Positions 17,726 to 32,503 of a stretch of DNA of 64,000 nt are shown piece by piece. The stretch lies in NCBI RefSeq assembly GCF_009914755.1, contig NC_060937.1; one strand, 5' to 3'. A program made the translations under genes and the position numbers. The notes under the pieces are model-generated. The model saw only the letters and a list, made by a program, of their open reading frames with translations. It had not been told where the DNA came from and made no database searches. Source of the DNA: the human T2T-CHM13v2.0 reference genome, Homo sapiens. Every line of letters starts with the position of its first letter. Within the stretch, counting starts at the first letter, position 1.

Positions 17726-20700
17726 AAGACCAAAAAACAACCAGAAAACAAATGAGAATATAGAAGAAATAAGTCTTTATTTATCAATAACATTAAATGT
17801 AAATGGACTAAATTTTTCAATCTAAAGGCATAGAGTGGCTGAATGGATTAAGAAAACAAGACCCAGTAACCTGTTGCCTACAGGAAATACTCTTCACCTA
17901 TGAAGATACACACAGACTGAAAATTAAGAAATGGAAAAAGATATTACATGGAAATGAAACCCAAGAAACAGCAAGAGTAGCCATACTTATCAGATAAAAT
18001 AGGTTCTAGTACAAAAACTATAAAAAGAGACAAAGAAATTGTTATATAATGAAAAAAGGATCAATTTAGCAAGAGGATATAGCAATTATAAATATATATG
18101 CACCCAACACTAGAGCACCCAGATATATAAAGCTAATATTATTAGAACTACAGAGAGAGATAGACTCCAATATAATAGTTGGCAATTTTAACAACCCACT
18201 TTCAACATTGAACAAATTATCCAGACAGAAGTATTAACATGGAAACATCTGACCTAATCTACACTACAGATGAAATAGACCTAATAGATATTTACAGAAC
18301 ATTTCATCAAATGGTTGCAGAAAACACGTTGTTCTCAGCACATGGGTCATTCTAAGAATAGACCAGATGTTAGGTTATAAAATATGACTTTAAAAATTCA
18401 AGAGATTTTTAGCCATATCAAGTATATGGCTGGCCATGATAGAAAAAAACTAAAAATTAATAAAAAGAACTTTGGAAACTATAAAGACACATAGAAATTA
18501 AACAATATGATCCTGAATGACCAGTGGGTCAATGATGAAATTTAAAAAGAAATTTAAAAATTCCTTGAAACAAATAAAAATGGAAACACAACATACCAAA
18601 GCCTAAGGGACACAGAAAAAGCAGTGTTAAGTGGAAAGTTTGTAGCAACAGGTACCTACGTGTACATGAAACATAGAAAATTTTCAAATAAACCACCTAA
18701 AAATGCATCTTTAAGAACTAGGAAAGCAAGAGAAACAAACCCAAAATTAGTACAAGAAAAGAAATAAAGATCAGAGCAGAAAGAAATGAAATTGAAATGA
18801 AAAAACATACAAAAGAACAAAATGTAAAGCTTTTTTTTAAAAAAAAAAAAGATAAACAAAAGTGACAATTCTTTATCCAGACTAAGAAAAAATGAAAGAA
18901 TCCCATAATAAAATCAGATTACAAGAGACATTACAATTGATGCTGCACGAATTCAAAGGGACATTAGAGACTAATACAAGCAACTATATGCCAATAAATT
19001 GGAAAGTTTACAAGAAATTTATAAATTCCTAGATACCTACAACCTACCAAAATTGAACCATGAAGAAGTCCAAAACGTGAATAGCCCAGTAACAAGATCA
19101 AATCTGCAATAAAAAGTCTTCTACTAAAGTCAGTGACCCAATGGCTTCACTACTAAACTCTACTAAACATTTAAAGAAGAATTAATACCAGTCCTATTTA
19201 AACTATTCCCAAACATAGAGGAAGGAATACTTCGAAACTCATTCTACAAACCCGGTTTTACCCTGATACCAATATAAGACAAAGACATGTCAAAAAAAAA
19301 AATAAAACTACAGGCCAATATCCTTGATATACATTGATGCAAAAACCCTCAACAAAATACTAGCAAACCATATTTAACAATATGTTAAAAAGATCATTTA
19401 TCACGACAAGTGGGATTTATCCCTGGATACAAGAATGGTTCAACATATGCAAAATCAATGTGATATATCATATCAACACAATGAAAGATAAAATCCATAT
19501 TATCATTTCATTTGACACTGAAAAAGCATTTGATAAAATTCAACATTCTTTCATCATGAAGAACCCTCAAAAACCGAAATAGAATGAACACACCTAAACA
19601 CAATAAAGTCCATATATGATAGACCCATGGCTAGTATACTAAATGGGGAAAGCTGAAAGCCTTTCTTCTAGCATCTGGAACAGACAAAAATGCCCATTTT
19701 GATCACAGTTATAAAACATAGTATTGGAAATCTAAGCTAGAGAAATCAGACAAGAGAAAGAAATAAAAGGCATCCAAATTGGAAAGGAAGAAGTTAAATT
19801 ATCATTGTTTGTACGTTATAGAATCTTGTATTTGGAAAAAACTAAAGATTCCTCCAAAAAATTTTTAGAATGTTTTCAAAAATTCAGTAAAGTTAAAGGA
19901 TAAAAAATTAACATACAAAAATTAGTAGCATTTTTATATGCCAACAGTGAACAGTGTGAAAAAGAAATCAACAAAGTAATCTTACAGTAGCTACAAATAA
20001 AATAAAACACCTAGGAATAAACTTAACCACAGAACTGAAAATCTCTACAATGAAAACTAAAACATTGATGCAAGAAATTGAAGAGAACACAAAAAATTGA
20101 AAGATATTCCATGTCCTTGGATGGAAGAATCAATATTGTAAACATGTTCATACCACCCAAAGCAATTTACAGATTCAATGCAATTCCTTTCAAAATCCCA
20201 GTGATATTCTTCACAGAAATAGAAAAGGCAATACTAAAATTTATATGGAACCACAAAAGACCAAGAATATCCAAAGCCATCCTGAGAAAAGAGAACAAAA
20301 CTGGAGGAATCATAATACCTTCAAATTATACTACAGAGCTGTAGTAACCAAAAAAGCATGGTATTGGCATTAAAACAGACACATAGACCAATGGAACAGA
20401 ATAGAGAATCCAGAAATAAATCTGTAGATCTACAGTGAACTCATTTTCGACAAAGGTGCCAGAACATACATTGAGGAAAGGACAGTCTCTTCAACAAAGG
20501 GTGCTCTCAAAACTAGATATCCATATACAGAAGAAAGAAACTAGATCCCTGTCTCTCATCACATACAAAAATCAAATTAAAATGGATTAGAGACTTAAAT
20601 CGAATACCTCAAATTATAAAACTACTAAAGAACAACATTGTGGAAATTCTCCAGGACATTGGTCTGGGTAAAGATTTTTTAATACTACCCTAAAAGCACA

Positions 20701-21864
20701 GGTAGCCAAAGCAAAAAGGACAAATGGAATCACATCAAGTTAAAAAGCTTCTGAACAGCAAAGAAAAAAAAAGTGAAGAGACAATCCATAGAACAGGAAA
20801 AAATATTTACAAACTATCCATCTGACAAAGGACTAATAACCAGAATATATAAAAAGAGTTTAAATAACTCTATAGGAAAAACCTAATAACTTGACTTTTA
20901 AAATGGGCAAAACATCTGAATAGACATTTTTTTCTAAAGACAAACAAGCATATGAGAAGATACTCAACATCATTGATCAGAGAAATGCCAATCAAAACTA
21001 CAATGAGCTATCATCTTACCCCAGTTAAAACAGCTTTTATTCAAAGACTGGCAATAACAAATGCTGGTGAGGGATGTGGAGAAAAGGGAATTTTGATACA
21101 CTGTTCATGGGAATGCAAATTATTATAGCCACTATGGAAAACACCATAGAAGTTCCTCAAAAAAAATTGAGAATAGAACTACCATATGATTCAGGAATCC
21201 CACTGCTGGGTGTATACCCAAAAGAAAGGAAATCTGTACATGGAAGAGATATCTGCACTTCCATGTTTATTGCAGCACTACTCATAATAGCCAAGATTTG
21301 AAAACAACTTAGTGTCCATCAGTAGATGAATGGATAAAGAAAGTGTGGTATATATACACAATGGAGTACCATTCAGCCATAAAAAAAGAATGAGATCCTG
21401 TCATTTGCAACAACATGGTTGGAACTGGAAGCCATTACTTTGAGTGAAATAAGCCAATCACAGAAAGACAAACTGACATGTTCTCACTCAATGGTGGAAG
21501 CTAAACCTTCAAACAATTGTACTCATGGAGATAAAGAGTAGAATGATGGTTACCAGGGGTTTGGAAGGGTAGTGAAGAAAGGTTAACATGTATAAAAATA
21601 TATTTAGATATAATGAATAAGATCTAGTATTTGATAGCACAACAGGGTGACTGCAGCCAGAAGTAGTTTGCTGTACATTTTAGAATAACCGAGAAAGTAC
21701 AATTGGAATGTTTGTAACACAAAGAAATTATGAACACTTGAGGTGACAGATATCCCATTTACCCTGATGTGATTAGTACATATTGTATGCCTGTATCAAA
21801 ATATCTCATGTAGCCCATAAATATTTACATCTACCATGTACCCATAAAAATTAAAAATTTTCTT

Positions 21865-22262
21865 AAAGAGACAAGTGTGATATCAACCACATGTAATGTC
21901 TCTGTGTTGTTTGAATACTGATTTGAACAGGTTTATCATAAGAAAGATTAAGACAATCAGTCATAGGAATGCTGATGGAATATTTTAATGAAGAATTATT
22001 TTTAATTCTTTTTTGTGTGAGAATATGGTGGTGTGCTTATATTTAAGAAAATAAATAGTCCCTATGCTTTAGAGATACTTGTGTATGTATTTAGCAGAGA
22101 ATATGTGTATTTTGGGATGTGGGGTGTAGACTGAGTGGGAATATCAATGAAACAAGATTGACCATGACTTGGCAATTGTTGAAGGTGGGTGATGGATATG
22201 AGGACATTCATTATAGTATTCTTTAATCTATGCTTGAAATTTTCATAACAAAAACTTTAAAC
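21865..22262 (+). mobile_element. Old L1MC/L1ME-type 3' end
   Basis: atgaaacaagattgaccatgacttggcaattgttgaaggtgggtgatgg...gaaattttcataacaaaa; related pieces at ~44080 and ~57400. Confidence 0.65.
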
Positions 22263-22269
22263 ATATTAA

Positions 22270-22486
22270 AATAGTTGAATTTATAAAATCAAAGAGTGAA
22301 ATGAGATAATGGAATTTAATATTTAATGGGCATAAAATTTCAGTCAAGCAAGATTAAAAAGTTCTAGAGATCTGCTGTATAATATTGACTATAATCAATA
22401 ATATTGATTATAAGTGTATTTATTATACACTTAGACATCTATTAAGAGGGTAGATCTCATGTTAACTGTTCTCACCACAATAAAAT
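22270..22486 (+). mobile_element. L1MA (MA9-like) 3' terminus
   Basis: aagttctagagatctgctgta...aagagggtagatctcatgttaactgttctcaccacaataaaa. Confidence 0.75.
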
Positions 22487-22490
22487 TTCA

Positions 22491-22560
22491 TGTGTTTGTG
22501 TGTGTGTGTATATATATACGTGTGTATGTATATATATATGTGTATATATATATGTATATA
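22491..22560. repeat. (TG)n/(TA)n microsatellite
   Basis: Direct inspection. Confidence 0.9.
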
Positions 22561-22834
22561 AAATACTGTACCTAGAAAAATGTGTTTTAAAATTGAAGGC
22601 AAAATGAATACTTTTAAAGACAAACAAAAGAAAATAAAATTTATGGCAAAGAGCCCTACACTACATAAAATATTTAAGGAAGATTTTTTTCCCCGCCAAA
22701 GAGAATGTGATAGCAGGTGAAAAGTTGCATCAGCATGAAGAAATGAACAGTGCCAGAAATGGCATCAATGTGGGTAAATATTTAAAAAGAAAACATTTAC
22801 TTTATTTTATATTCTCTTTAAAGGATAATTGACA

Positions 22835-24296
22835 TGTCACAAATTTGTACAATATGCCACATATCACAAGCCCACAGTTAATATCATACTCAATGACAAA
22901 AACTTACAAGCTTTTTCTCCAAGGTAAGGAACATGACAGGGATACTCATTCACCACGTCTAGGAAGTCCTAGCCAGAGCAATTTGGCAAGAAATAAAAGG
23001 CATCCAAATTGGAAAGGAAAAAGTAAAATTGTTTGCAGATTACATGAAAAAAAATATATCTGTAGAAACTCTACCAGAAAATTTTTACAACAACAAATTC
23101 TAGAAAATTTCAGCATACAAAATCAACATAAAAAATCAATAGTGTTTCTATACATTAACAACTAATTATCCAAAAAATAAATTCAGAAAATAATCACATC
23201 TACAATAGCATCAAAAACAATAAAATTCTTAGGAATAAACCTACCCAAGAAGGTGAAAGATCTATGTAATGAAAACCATAAAATGTTAATGAAAGAAATT
23301 GAATGGGACACAAGTAAATGGAACGATAGCACATGTTCATGGGTCAGAAGAATCATTGTCAATCTCGCCATAACATGCAAAGCAACCAATAACTTCAGTG
23401 CAATCTCTATAAAATTCCAATGGCAATTTTACAGAAATAGAAAAACCGATTCTAAAATTTCTGCAGAACCAGCAAAGGCCACAAATATCTAAAGCCATCT
23501 TGAGCAAGGAGACCATAACTGGAGGCATCCCACTTTCTGATTTCAATTTATATTAAAAAGCTATAGTAATCAGTATAATATAAAGCTATCGAATGGTACT
23601 GGCATAAAAATAGATGCATAGATCAATGGAGCAGAATAGTAAACACAGAAATAAACCCATGCATATATGAAAAACTAATCTCTAATCACAGCACCAAGAA
23701 TGCACAGTAAGGAAAAGATAATCTCTTCAACAGATGGTATTAAGAAAACTGAATGTCCAGAAAAAAAGAAGTAAATTGATTCTTATCTTACACCATTTCC
23801 CCCATATCAACTGAAAATGTGTTAAAAACTTAAACTTAAGACTCAAAACTGTAAAACTACTAGAAGAAAACAGAGAGCAAACTCTATGGCATTGGTCTTG
23901 GCAAAAAAAACTTTTGATATGACAAAAGCACAAGCAACCAAAGCAAGAACTAAACAGGTGGAACTACAGCAAACTAAAAGTTTCTGCACAGTAAAGGGAA
24001 CAATCCACAAAATGGAAAGGTACCATACAGATTTGGAGAAAAAAAAATCTATAAACTATATCTGATAAAAGGTTAATATTAAAAATATGTAAGGAACTCA
24101 CACAACTCAATAGTCTTAAAAATCGGATTAAAAATGAGCAAAGGACCTGAACAGACATTTTTTCTAAGGAATACTCGCAAATTAAAGATAGAATTACCAT
24201 ATCATCCAGCAAGCCCACTTCTGGGTATATATATTACATTACTCACATTGAATATATACAATTTTCATTTCTCAATTCTACCTCAATAGAGCTGAA
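22835..24296 (+). mobile_element. 5'-truncated, internally deleted L1MA/MB inserted in the older L1M
   Basis: ORF2 remnants (KDLCNENHKMLMKEIEWDTSKW) and terminus caattctacctcaatagagctgaaaa; degenerate TSD aaggataattgaca (22821-22834) / aaagataattggca (24297-24310). Confidence 0.75.
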
Positions 24297-26894
24297 AAAG
24301 ATAATTGGCAGTTTAAAGCAAGACTAATTACAGTATTGTACGGGACTTACAGCATATGTAGAAGCAAAACGTGGCAACAATAGGATAAAGGATTTCAGGT
24401 AGGAAATTGAAGTATATTGTTGTAAGGTACTTAAACTTGATGTGATTTGCCATTACTTAAAGGAGATTGTGATAAAATAAAAACATATGTCATAGACCTT
24501 GGAAGAGTTTCTTAATGTGTGATTTAAGATCAAAAGCCAATAGTATAGATAAATTAGAATCAAAAAATACTCAATTTATTCAAAATGTGAAACAAAAACG
24601 GACTAAAGAGCAATAGAATAGAAATGAATTGGAAAAATGGTAGATTTCAAGCCAACCATGTTGATAATTACATTAAATGTAAATGATATAGTCTCTTCAA
24701 TTGTCACTGGATAAAAGATGACACAATTATATGCTGTCTTTGAGAGATCATCTTAAACATAAGGATATGGATTGAAATTAAAAGAACGTATAAAAGCCTT
24801 ATCATACAAACAGTAATTTTTAAAAAGTCAGAGTGGCTATATTAATCCAGACAAAATAGATTACAGCATGAAGAATATTTCCAGTGACTAATGGGATAAA
24901 GATGACTTAATTATCTTAAATGTGCTTGTACATAACAAGACAGTTACAAAATATGTAATACAAAAAAGATAGAAAGGAAAGGAGAAAGAAACAAGTCTAA
25001 CATTATAGTTGGAGATTAACATTTGTCTCTCATTAATTGATAGAAAAGGCAGGCAGAAAATCAGTAGAGTTGTAGACAACATAAATAGCACAATCAACCA
25101 AATTATTGTAATAGACATTTAAAAGAACACTCAACCCTAAAACAGCAAAATATACATTATTTTCAAGTACACATAAAACATTCACCAATATAGACAATAT
25201 TGTGGGTCTTGAACTATTTTTTACCAATTTTGAGAGAACTGAATTCATTAAAAGAAAATGTCATTTGACCAGAATATTAAAGTAGAAAGCAATAGAATAT
25301 AGAAAACCTGCAAAGATTTAGAAATTAAATCATATTATTCTAAAAAAATATATGGAGCGAAGAAAAAATAAAAATGGAAAATATTTTAACTGAATGATAA
25401 TAAAAGAACAACATATCAAATTTGTGATAGGTCGTGATAGGAGGGAAATCCACAGCATTAAATGCTTATGTAGAAAGAAGAAAAGTTTCAAATCAGTAAT
25501 CTAAGATCCAACTCTGAGAAACTAAAGAGCAGCAAATTAAACCCAGAATAAGACTGAGGGAACAAATACAAATAAAAGATATCAGTGAACAACAACAACA
25601 ACAACAACAAACAGGAAAACAGTTGAGAAAAACCAATATAAATAAAAGCTGGTTCCAGAAGGTTAATAAAATTGATCTAGCCACACCGATAAGGAAAAAT
25701 ATCAGAATGAACGAGGGGACACTGCTCCTGATACTACAGATAAAAAGAGACTATTCTGAAGAATTTCATGACAATAAATTTAACATTATAAACAGAATGG
25801 ACAAATTCATTAAAAAGTATAAACACCAAAGCTCACTAAAAAGAAATAGTTAATCTGAATAGTTTCATATGTATTTTTAAAGATTAAATTAGTAATTTAT
25901 AAATTTCTCAAAAAGGAAACATCAGGTCCAGATGAGATCACTGCTAAATTCTTCCAAACATTTTTGAGAGAAAGTAGATCAATTCTGAAGAGTTGTCCAG
26001 AAAATAAAAGATGAGGGAGCACTTCTTAACTCATTATTTCAGACCAGCATCTCCCTGGTACCAAACCAGACAAAGACATGAGAAAATTAGACTAGTATTA
26101 CTAAAGAACTAAGTATAAAATGTCCCTATGAAAATATAAACTATTTTTAAAGGTTTGCGTATCATAACAAGTGGGAAACCAAGATTGGTTTAATATTTGA
26201 AACTCCAATGTTATTAACCATATTCAGAAACTGAAAAAGAAAAGCTGAATGATCATATCAATATATCCAGAAATAGCATATGATAAAATTCAATACTCAT
26301 TCATCACAAACTTTCAGCCTCCTAGGAATAGAACTTTTCTACTTTGATAAAGGGCAACAACATAAACCTATAGCTAATAGCATACTCAATAGTGTAAGAA
26401 TTGTTCCTTCCAAAATCAGCACAAGGTGAGGATTTCTAAATACATCACCTCTATGCAAAAGTGTGTTGAAACTCCTGGCAATGATAATAAGCCAAGAAAA
26501 AAATAAAATAAACAGTAGAAAGGAAGAAGTTAAACCGGCTTTAATCAATAAGATATAGTTTTCACATAGAAATTACTAAAGTATCTACAAAAAAAGCATT
26601 AGTTCCAATCAGTGAATTTATCAAGTTTGCAAGATGCAAATTTAATAAATAAATCGGTTGTATTTATACCTATTAGCAAAATAATGGGACTTAAAATTTT
26701 TAAACATAACAGATTATCAGAACTATATAATATTTAAGGTTAAAGATAACAAAATATGTGAAAAACGATTACACAGAATATTGTAAACTATTCCTTAGTG
26801 AAATTAGAGAAGGCCTAAAAAACGCAAGGATATACCACGGTGAATTCCATGGTATTCCACGGTATATTCTATTTCATGATGAATTGGAAGGCTC

Positions 26895-27422
26895 TATAGA
26901 GGAGGCAAAATTTTACTTCCTCCCTTTTAGGACTTCTCAGATGGGCCTGAGGATTAAATTGAGATAAGACAGATCAACAGGAGAAAATTATACAAATCTG
27001 TTTAATACAAATTTTACATGGCATGGGAGCCCTCATAAAGAAATGAAGACTCAAAGACACAGTTAGACATGAACACTTACATACTGAGTTAGAGTAGTAA
27101 ATTATGAAAATGTGACAAGGCAAAGGGGTTTGGGCTAAGGTAGTTAACTGTGTAGAGAAGGGGCTAGGAAGATAAAGATTAGTCTAACAATGTTTGTTTG
27201 TACAAATTTTCCTCATCCTTAATTTCCTGTCCTTGCTGATGAAAATGATGCTTTCCTCCTGATATAGGAAGGAAATCTTTTACATAGGAATTCCACCTCC
27301 TGCTTTCAAGACACACAAAAAAGGTATGAGTGATCTTCTTCCCCCTGCTATTTTTCTTTAACTAGATTGTCTTTAACTAGAAATAGTCAACTTGCCAAAG
27401 AAGCATATTTTTAACCCCTTCA
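26895..27422 (-). mobile_element. Solo ERV1-class LTR (MER34/LTR48-like group)
   Basis: Minus strand starts TGAAGGGGTT..AATATGCTTCTTTGGC; 4-bp TSD gctc at 26891-26894 and 27423-27426; the interrupted L1 rejoins as ttggaag-gctc-tatagcgttaagatg. Confidence 0.75.
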
Positions 27423-27777
27423 GCTCTATAGCGTTAAGATGCCAATTTTCCCCAAATTGATATAGATTCAACAAAATGCCACTGAAAATCCCAGAAAGAT
27501 TTTGTAAATAAATTGTTAAGCTGATTCTAAAACTTATATGAAATTGTAAGAACCTAGAATAGGCAAAACAACTTTTAAGGAGAAGAAAAAAGTTGGAAGG
27601 ACCCACATTATGAGTTCAAGAATGACCACAAAGCTACAGAAATCAAGACAATGTTGTATTGAGACTCACACGTTGTCAACTGATGTTCAACAAAGGTCAC
27701 GAAACAAATCAGTGGAAAAAGGATAGTGTTTTCAATAGGTGATGCTAGAATATCTATATGTAAGAAGAGAAAACCCA

Positions 27778-28077
27778 GGCCAGGTGCAGTGGCTCACACC
27801 TGTAATCCCAGCACTTTGGGAGGCCGAGGTGGGTGGATCACCTGAGGTCAGGAGTTCAAGAACAGCCTGACCAACATGGAGAAACCCCATCTCTACTAAA
27901 AGTACAAAATTAGCCAGGCATGGTGGCACATGCCTATGATCCCAGCTACTCCGGAGGCTGAGGCAGGAGAATTGCTTGAACCTGGGAGGTGGAGGTTGTG
28001 GTAAGGTGATATCATGCCATTTTGCACTCTAGCCTGGGCAACAAGAGTGAAACTCCATCTCAAAAAAAAAAAAAAAA
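27778..28077 (+). mobile_element. AluSp-like
   Basis: cctgaccaacatggagaaacc and gggcaacaagagtgaaac diagnostics. Confidence 0.93.
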
Positions 28078-28499
28078 GAGAGAGAGCGCCCATACTTAAC
28101 TCATACTATAATGAAAAATTATTCTTAGTCCTAAATGTATGAACTAAATGTATAAAACTTCCAGAAGAAAACAGAAAAAAAAAATTGTATCCTAATATAA
28201 GGAAAGATTTCTTAGACAGGACACAAGAAGAACCATTTAAGATAAATTAAATATCAAAATTGAAAACTTTTGCTCTTCAAAAGGTACAATTATGGAAATG
28301 AACAGTCAAACCACAGACTTGGAAAAAACACACTACATTTAAGGATACAAGTCCTTTATTATATATTGCATATGTATATTTTATATATAAAATAAAGAAC
28401 TTGTATCCTGAACATGTGAAGAATTTTTATAATTCGTAAAAGTCTAACAAACAGCAAAAAATTTGAATAGACACTTTCTTAAATAATGTATATTAATGA

Positions 28500-29135
<636 letters not shown>

Positions 29136-29307
29136 GGGTGGGAGAGGGAGAAACAAGGGAAAACAAAAAAACAAGTCTAAAATTATAGTACAGTCTTGGC
29201 TTCTATGTCTTCTTGGTATCTTCATTCTATCTTTGCTGTCTGTTCTTTACATCTCAAGATCAATCTCTTAAGAGCAGGAATTAGAGAAGCCCAGCTAATT
29301 ATCATTT

Positions 29308-29835
29308 GTTGTGATTCTAAAATTACATCCTAAAATTTATTGACACTTGTCTTTGATAAGTGGAAACTAATTCAACTCCCCTTGAATGTGGGCTGTAATT
29401 AGTAACTTGCTTCTAACAAATCAAATATGGCAGATGTGATGATCTGTGCTTCTAAGACTGAGTCTTACAAGGCATCACAGCTTTCTCCTTGTTACCTTGC
29501 TCTTGGATCATCTGCCTAAAGAGCAATCCGTCATCGTGTCATGATAATACTCAAGCAGCCCTATGGAAAGGTCCATATGGAAGGGAACTAAGCTTCCTTC
29601 CAGTAGCCAGTGAGGAACAGTTTTCCTGTCATTGACCATGTGAGTGAACCATGATGATATAATGCCCAGGTCCAGTTAAGCCTCAAATGACTTAAGCAGC
29701 TCCAGCTAACATCTTGACTGCAGCCCCAAGCCAGTTAAGCTGCCCCTGAATTCTCAAACCCCCAAAAGTATATGCTAATAAATATGTATTTTTTTTAGAT
29801 GGTAAATGTTAGGGTAATTTGTTACGTAGAAATAC
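29308..29835 (+). mobile_element. MLT1F-like MaLR LTR
   Basis: ccccttgaatgtgggctg...acttgcttctaacaaat...cagccctatggaaaggtcca...ggtaatttgttacg. Confidence 0.8.
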
Positions 29836-32503
29836 TGCCCCCATTGCGGGGGAGTTTTATCCTAAGCTTCCTCAGAAATTGACTATCTTATGGAACCCAG
29901 GCATACAAAACTACCCGAGTGTTCTCTGGGTTTGGAAATTTACTTCAGCGTGGAATTATAGAAAGGAGGAATTTCTTTATTGGCCTATGCGGTAAGAAAA
30001 AAAAAATCTCAGTAAAAGAAGGCATGACCTCTTCGGCTAATAGTCAACCTACTACTAGTATAAACAATCTGAAATAATTATTTTCCACACAAATAGGACT
30101 TCAAATGTAGATAAATTCCTTTAATAAGGAGTTTCACAGAAGCCTAAAGTTACTGAGAGTTGGTTTCAAAGATATGTTTCTTTGGATTTCTACACTTGTC
30201 ACTGTTCACAGTATAAACCTAAATTACTTAGCTTTTTTGAGTCTTATATATAGTAATTATTCATCAGGTTTTGGTCAAAGAAACTTTTGAGAATCTAGAA
30301 TCTTTCTCCTAATACGGAATGCCACAGTAGGTTTAAAAACTACCGTTTTTTTTTTTGAGGAAATTATTTCCTACCTGGAAATTATGCACGGTTAAACTTG
30401 AGTAATTCTAGTAGTTAGGGTCCAAGTAACTTATTGTTTTCTGGCATTTTACAATCTTAGGATGTTTAACTATATGGCTTACTATAAACTTACTACTACT
30501 GAATATATTAACTACTGCTTTATGAATGATTTCTGTTTCAGTTGTTATTTTTCTGTTTCTGAGGAAGCTGAGAATCCAGACTAATACAGGCATAGAGTTG
30601 TGCGTACCTAGAGCAGCTGACTTATACAACCTGCCACAAACCCACCTATTTATTTCATGTAATTTATTGATTACTGGTGTTAAATAATATTAATTCATAA
30701 CTTCACCTAGGGAGGTTATATTTAAAGGAAACCCTCAAGATTAGTTCACTGCCTGGTTTCTGTACATTCAGCTTTTTGTTTAATGAACCTCTTTTTATTG
30801 GAATATCAGAAAAGTAACTCAGGATGAACAGGCACATTGATCACAGATCGGTAGCATCATATTCACAAATAGCCCTGTTTTTGTCATTTATAGAGTAACA
30901 TATAGGGATCACAGGAGCACACAGACAACCTCTGATTTTATTGTGTTAAATGGGTTGCTTTGTCCTTTTCAACACTTCTAGCTAAGTGTAACTACTAATA
31001 GCCACAAAGACACTTTCTGTAGGTTAGCCTCTTTACAGATAAAAGATTGTTCAGAATAGAGGGCATATGAAATCAGTCTGTTAGATACTTAAGTTGGATT
31101 AATACCTCTTCTATGAAGAATGTAAAAGAAGGTACTAAAACATTGCATTTGAAGATGGCTGAACAGGAAGAGCTCTGGTCGGCAGCTCACAGTGAGACTG
31201 ATGCAGAAGACAGGTGATTTCTGCATTTCCAACTGAGGTACCCAGCTTATCTCACTGGGACTGGTTAGAGAGTGGGTGCAGCCCATGGAGGGCAAGCCGA
31301 AGCAGGGTGGAGCATCAGGAAGTACAAGGGGTCAGGGAACTCCCTCCCCTAGCTAAGAAAAGCCCTGAGGGACTGTGCCCTGAGGGATAGAGCTATCTAG
31401 CCCAGATCCTATGCATTTCCCATTGTCTTTGCAACCCACAGATCAGGAGATTCCCTTGGGTGCCTATGCAACCAGGGCCCTGGGTTTCAAGCACAAAGCT
31501 GGGTGGCCATTTGGGCAGACACTGAGCTAGCTGCAGGAGTTTTTTGTTTTTTTGTTTTTGTTTTTGTTTTTCTTACTCCAGTGGAGCCTGGAACACCAGC
31601 AAGACAGAACCATTCATTCTCCTGGAAAGGGGGCTGAAGCCAGGGAGCTGAGTGGTCTAGCTCAGTGGATCCCACCACAATGGAGCCCAGCAAGCTAAGA
31701 TCCACTGGCTTGAAGTTCTTACTGCCAGGGCAGCAGTCCGAAGTTGACCTAGGATGCTTGAGCTTATTGGGGGAAAGGGTGTCCACCATTACTGAGGCTT
31801 GAGTAGGCAATTTTCCCCTTACAGTGTAAACAAAGTCACCCAGAAGTTTGGACTAGGCAGAGCCCACTGCAGCTTGGCAAAGCCACTGTAGCCAGACTGC
31901 CTCTCTAGATTCCTTCTCTCTGGGCAGGGTATCTCTGCAAGAAAGGCAGCAGCCCCAGTCAGGGGCTTATAGATAAAACTCCCATCTCTCTGGGACAGAG
32001 CACCTGGGGGAAGGTGCGGCTACAGGTGCAGCTTCAACAGACTTAACATTCCTGCCTGCCAGCTCCGAAGAGAGCAGTGGATCTCCCAGCACAGCGCTTG
32101 AGCTCTGCTAAGGGACAGACTGCCTCCTCAAGTGGGTCCCTGACCCCCATGCTTCCTGATGGGAAGACACCTCCCAGAAGGGGCTGACAGATACCTCATA
32201 CAGGAGAGCTCCAGCTGGCATCTGGCAGGTTCCCCTCTGGGGCCAAGCTTCCAGAGGAAGCAGCAGGCAGAAATCTTTGCTTTTCTGCAGCCTCCACTGG
32301 TGATACCCAGGCAAACAGGCTCTGGAGTGGACCTCCAGTCAACTCCAGCAGACCTGCAGAAGAGGGGTCCAACTGTTAAAAGGAAAACTAACACAGAGAA
32401 AGCAATAGCATCAACATCAACAACAACAACAAAAAATGACCACTCAAAAACCCTATCTGAAGGTCACCAACATCAAAGGCCAAAGGTAGACAAATCCACG
32501 AAG

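Noticed and set aside
17381-17825. Pro-rich or Gly/Arg-rich repetitive ORFs
   Set aside because: Translations of the 23-bp minisatellite in several frames on both strands.
26831-26870. Short cca(c/t)ggt repeats before the ERV1 LTR
   Set aside because: Only three ~10-bp units; most likely local slippage in L1 sequence, with no evidence of function.
29840-30000. Plus-strand donor gcg|gtaag at ~29991; also an acceptor-like tttttctctgtttcaatag ending at 38849
   Set aside because: Isolated splice-like sites with no convincing partner site or coding signal.
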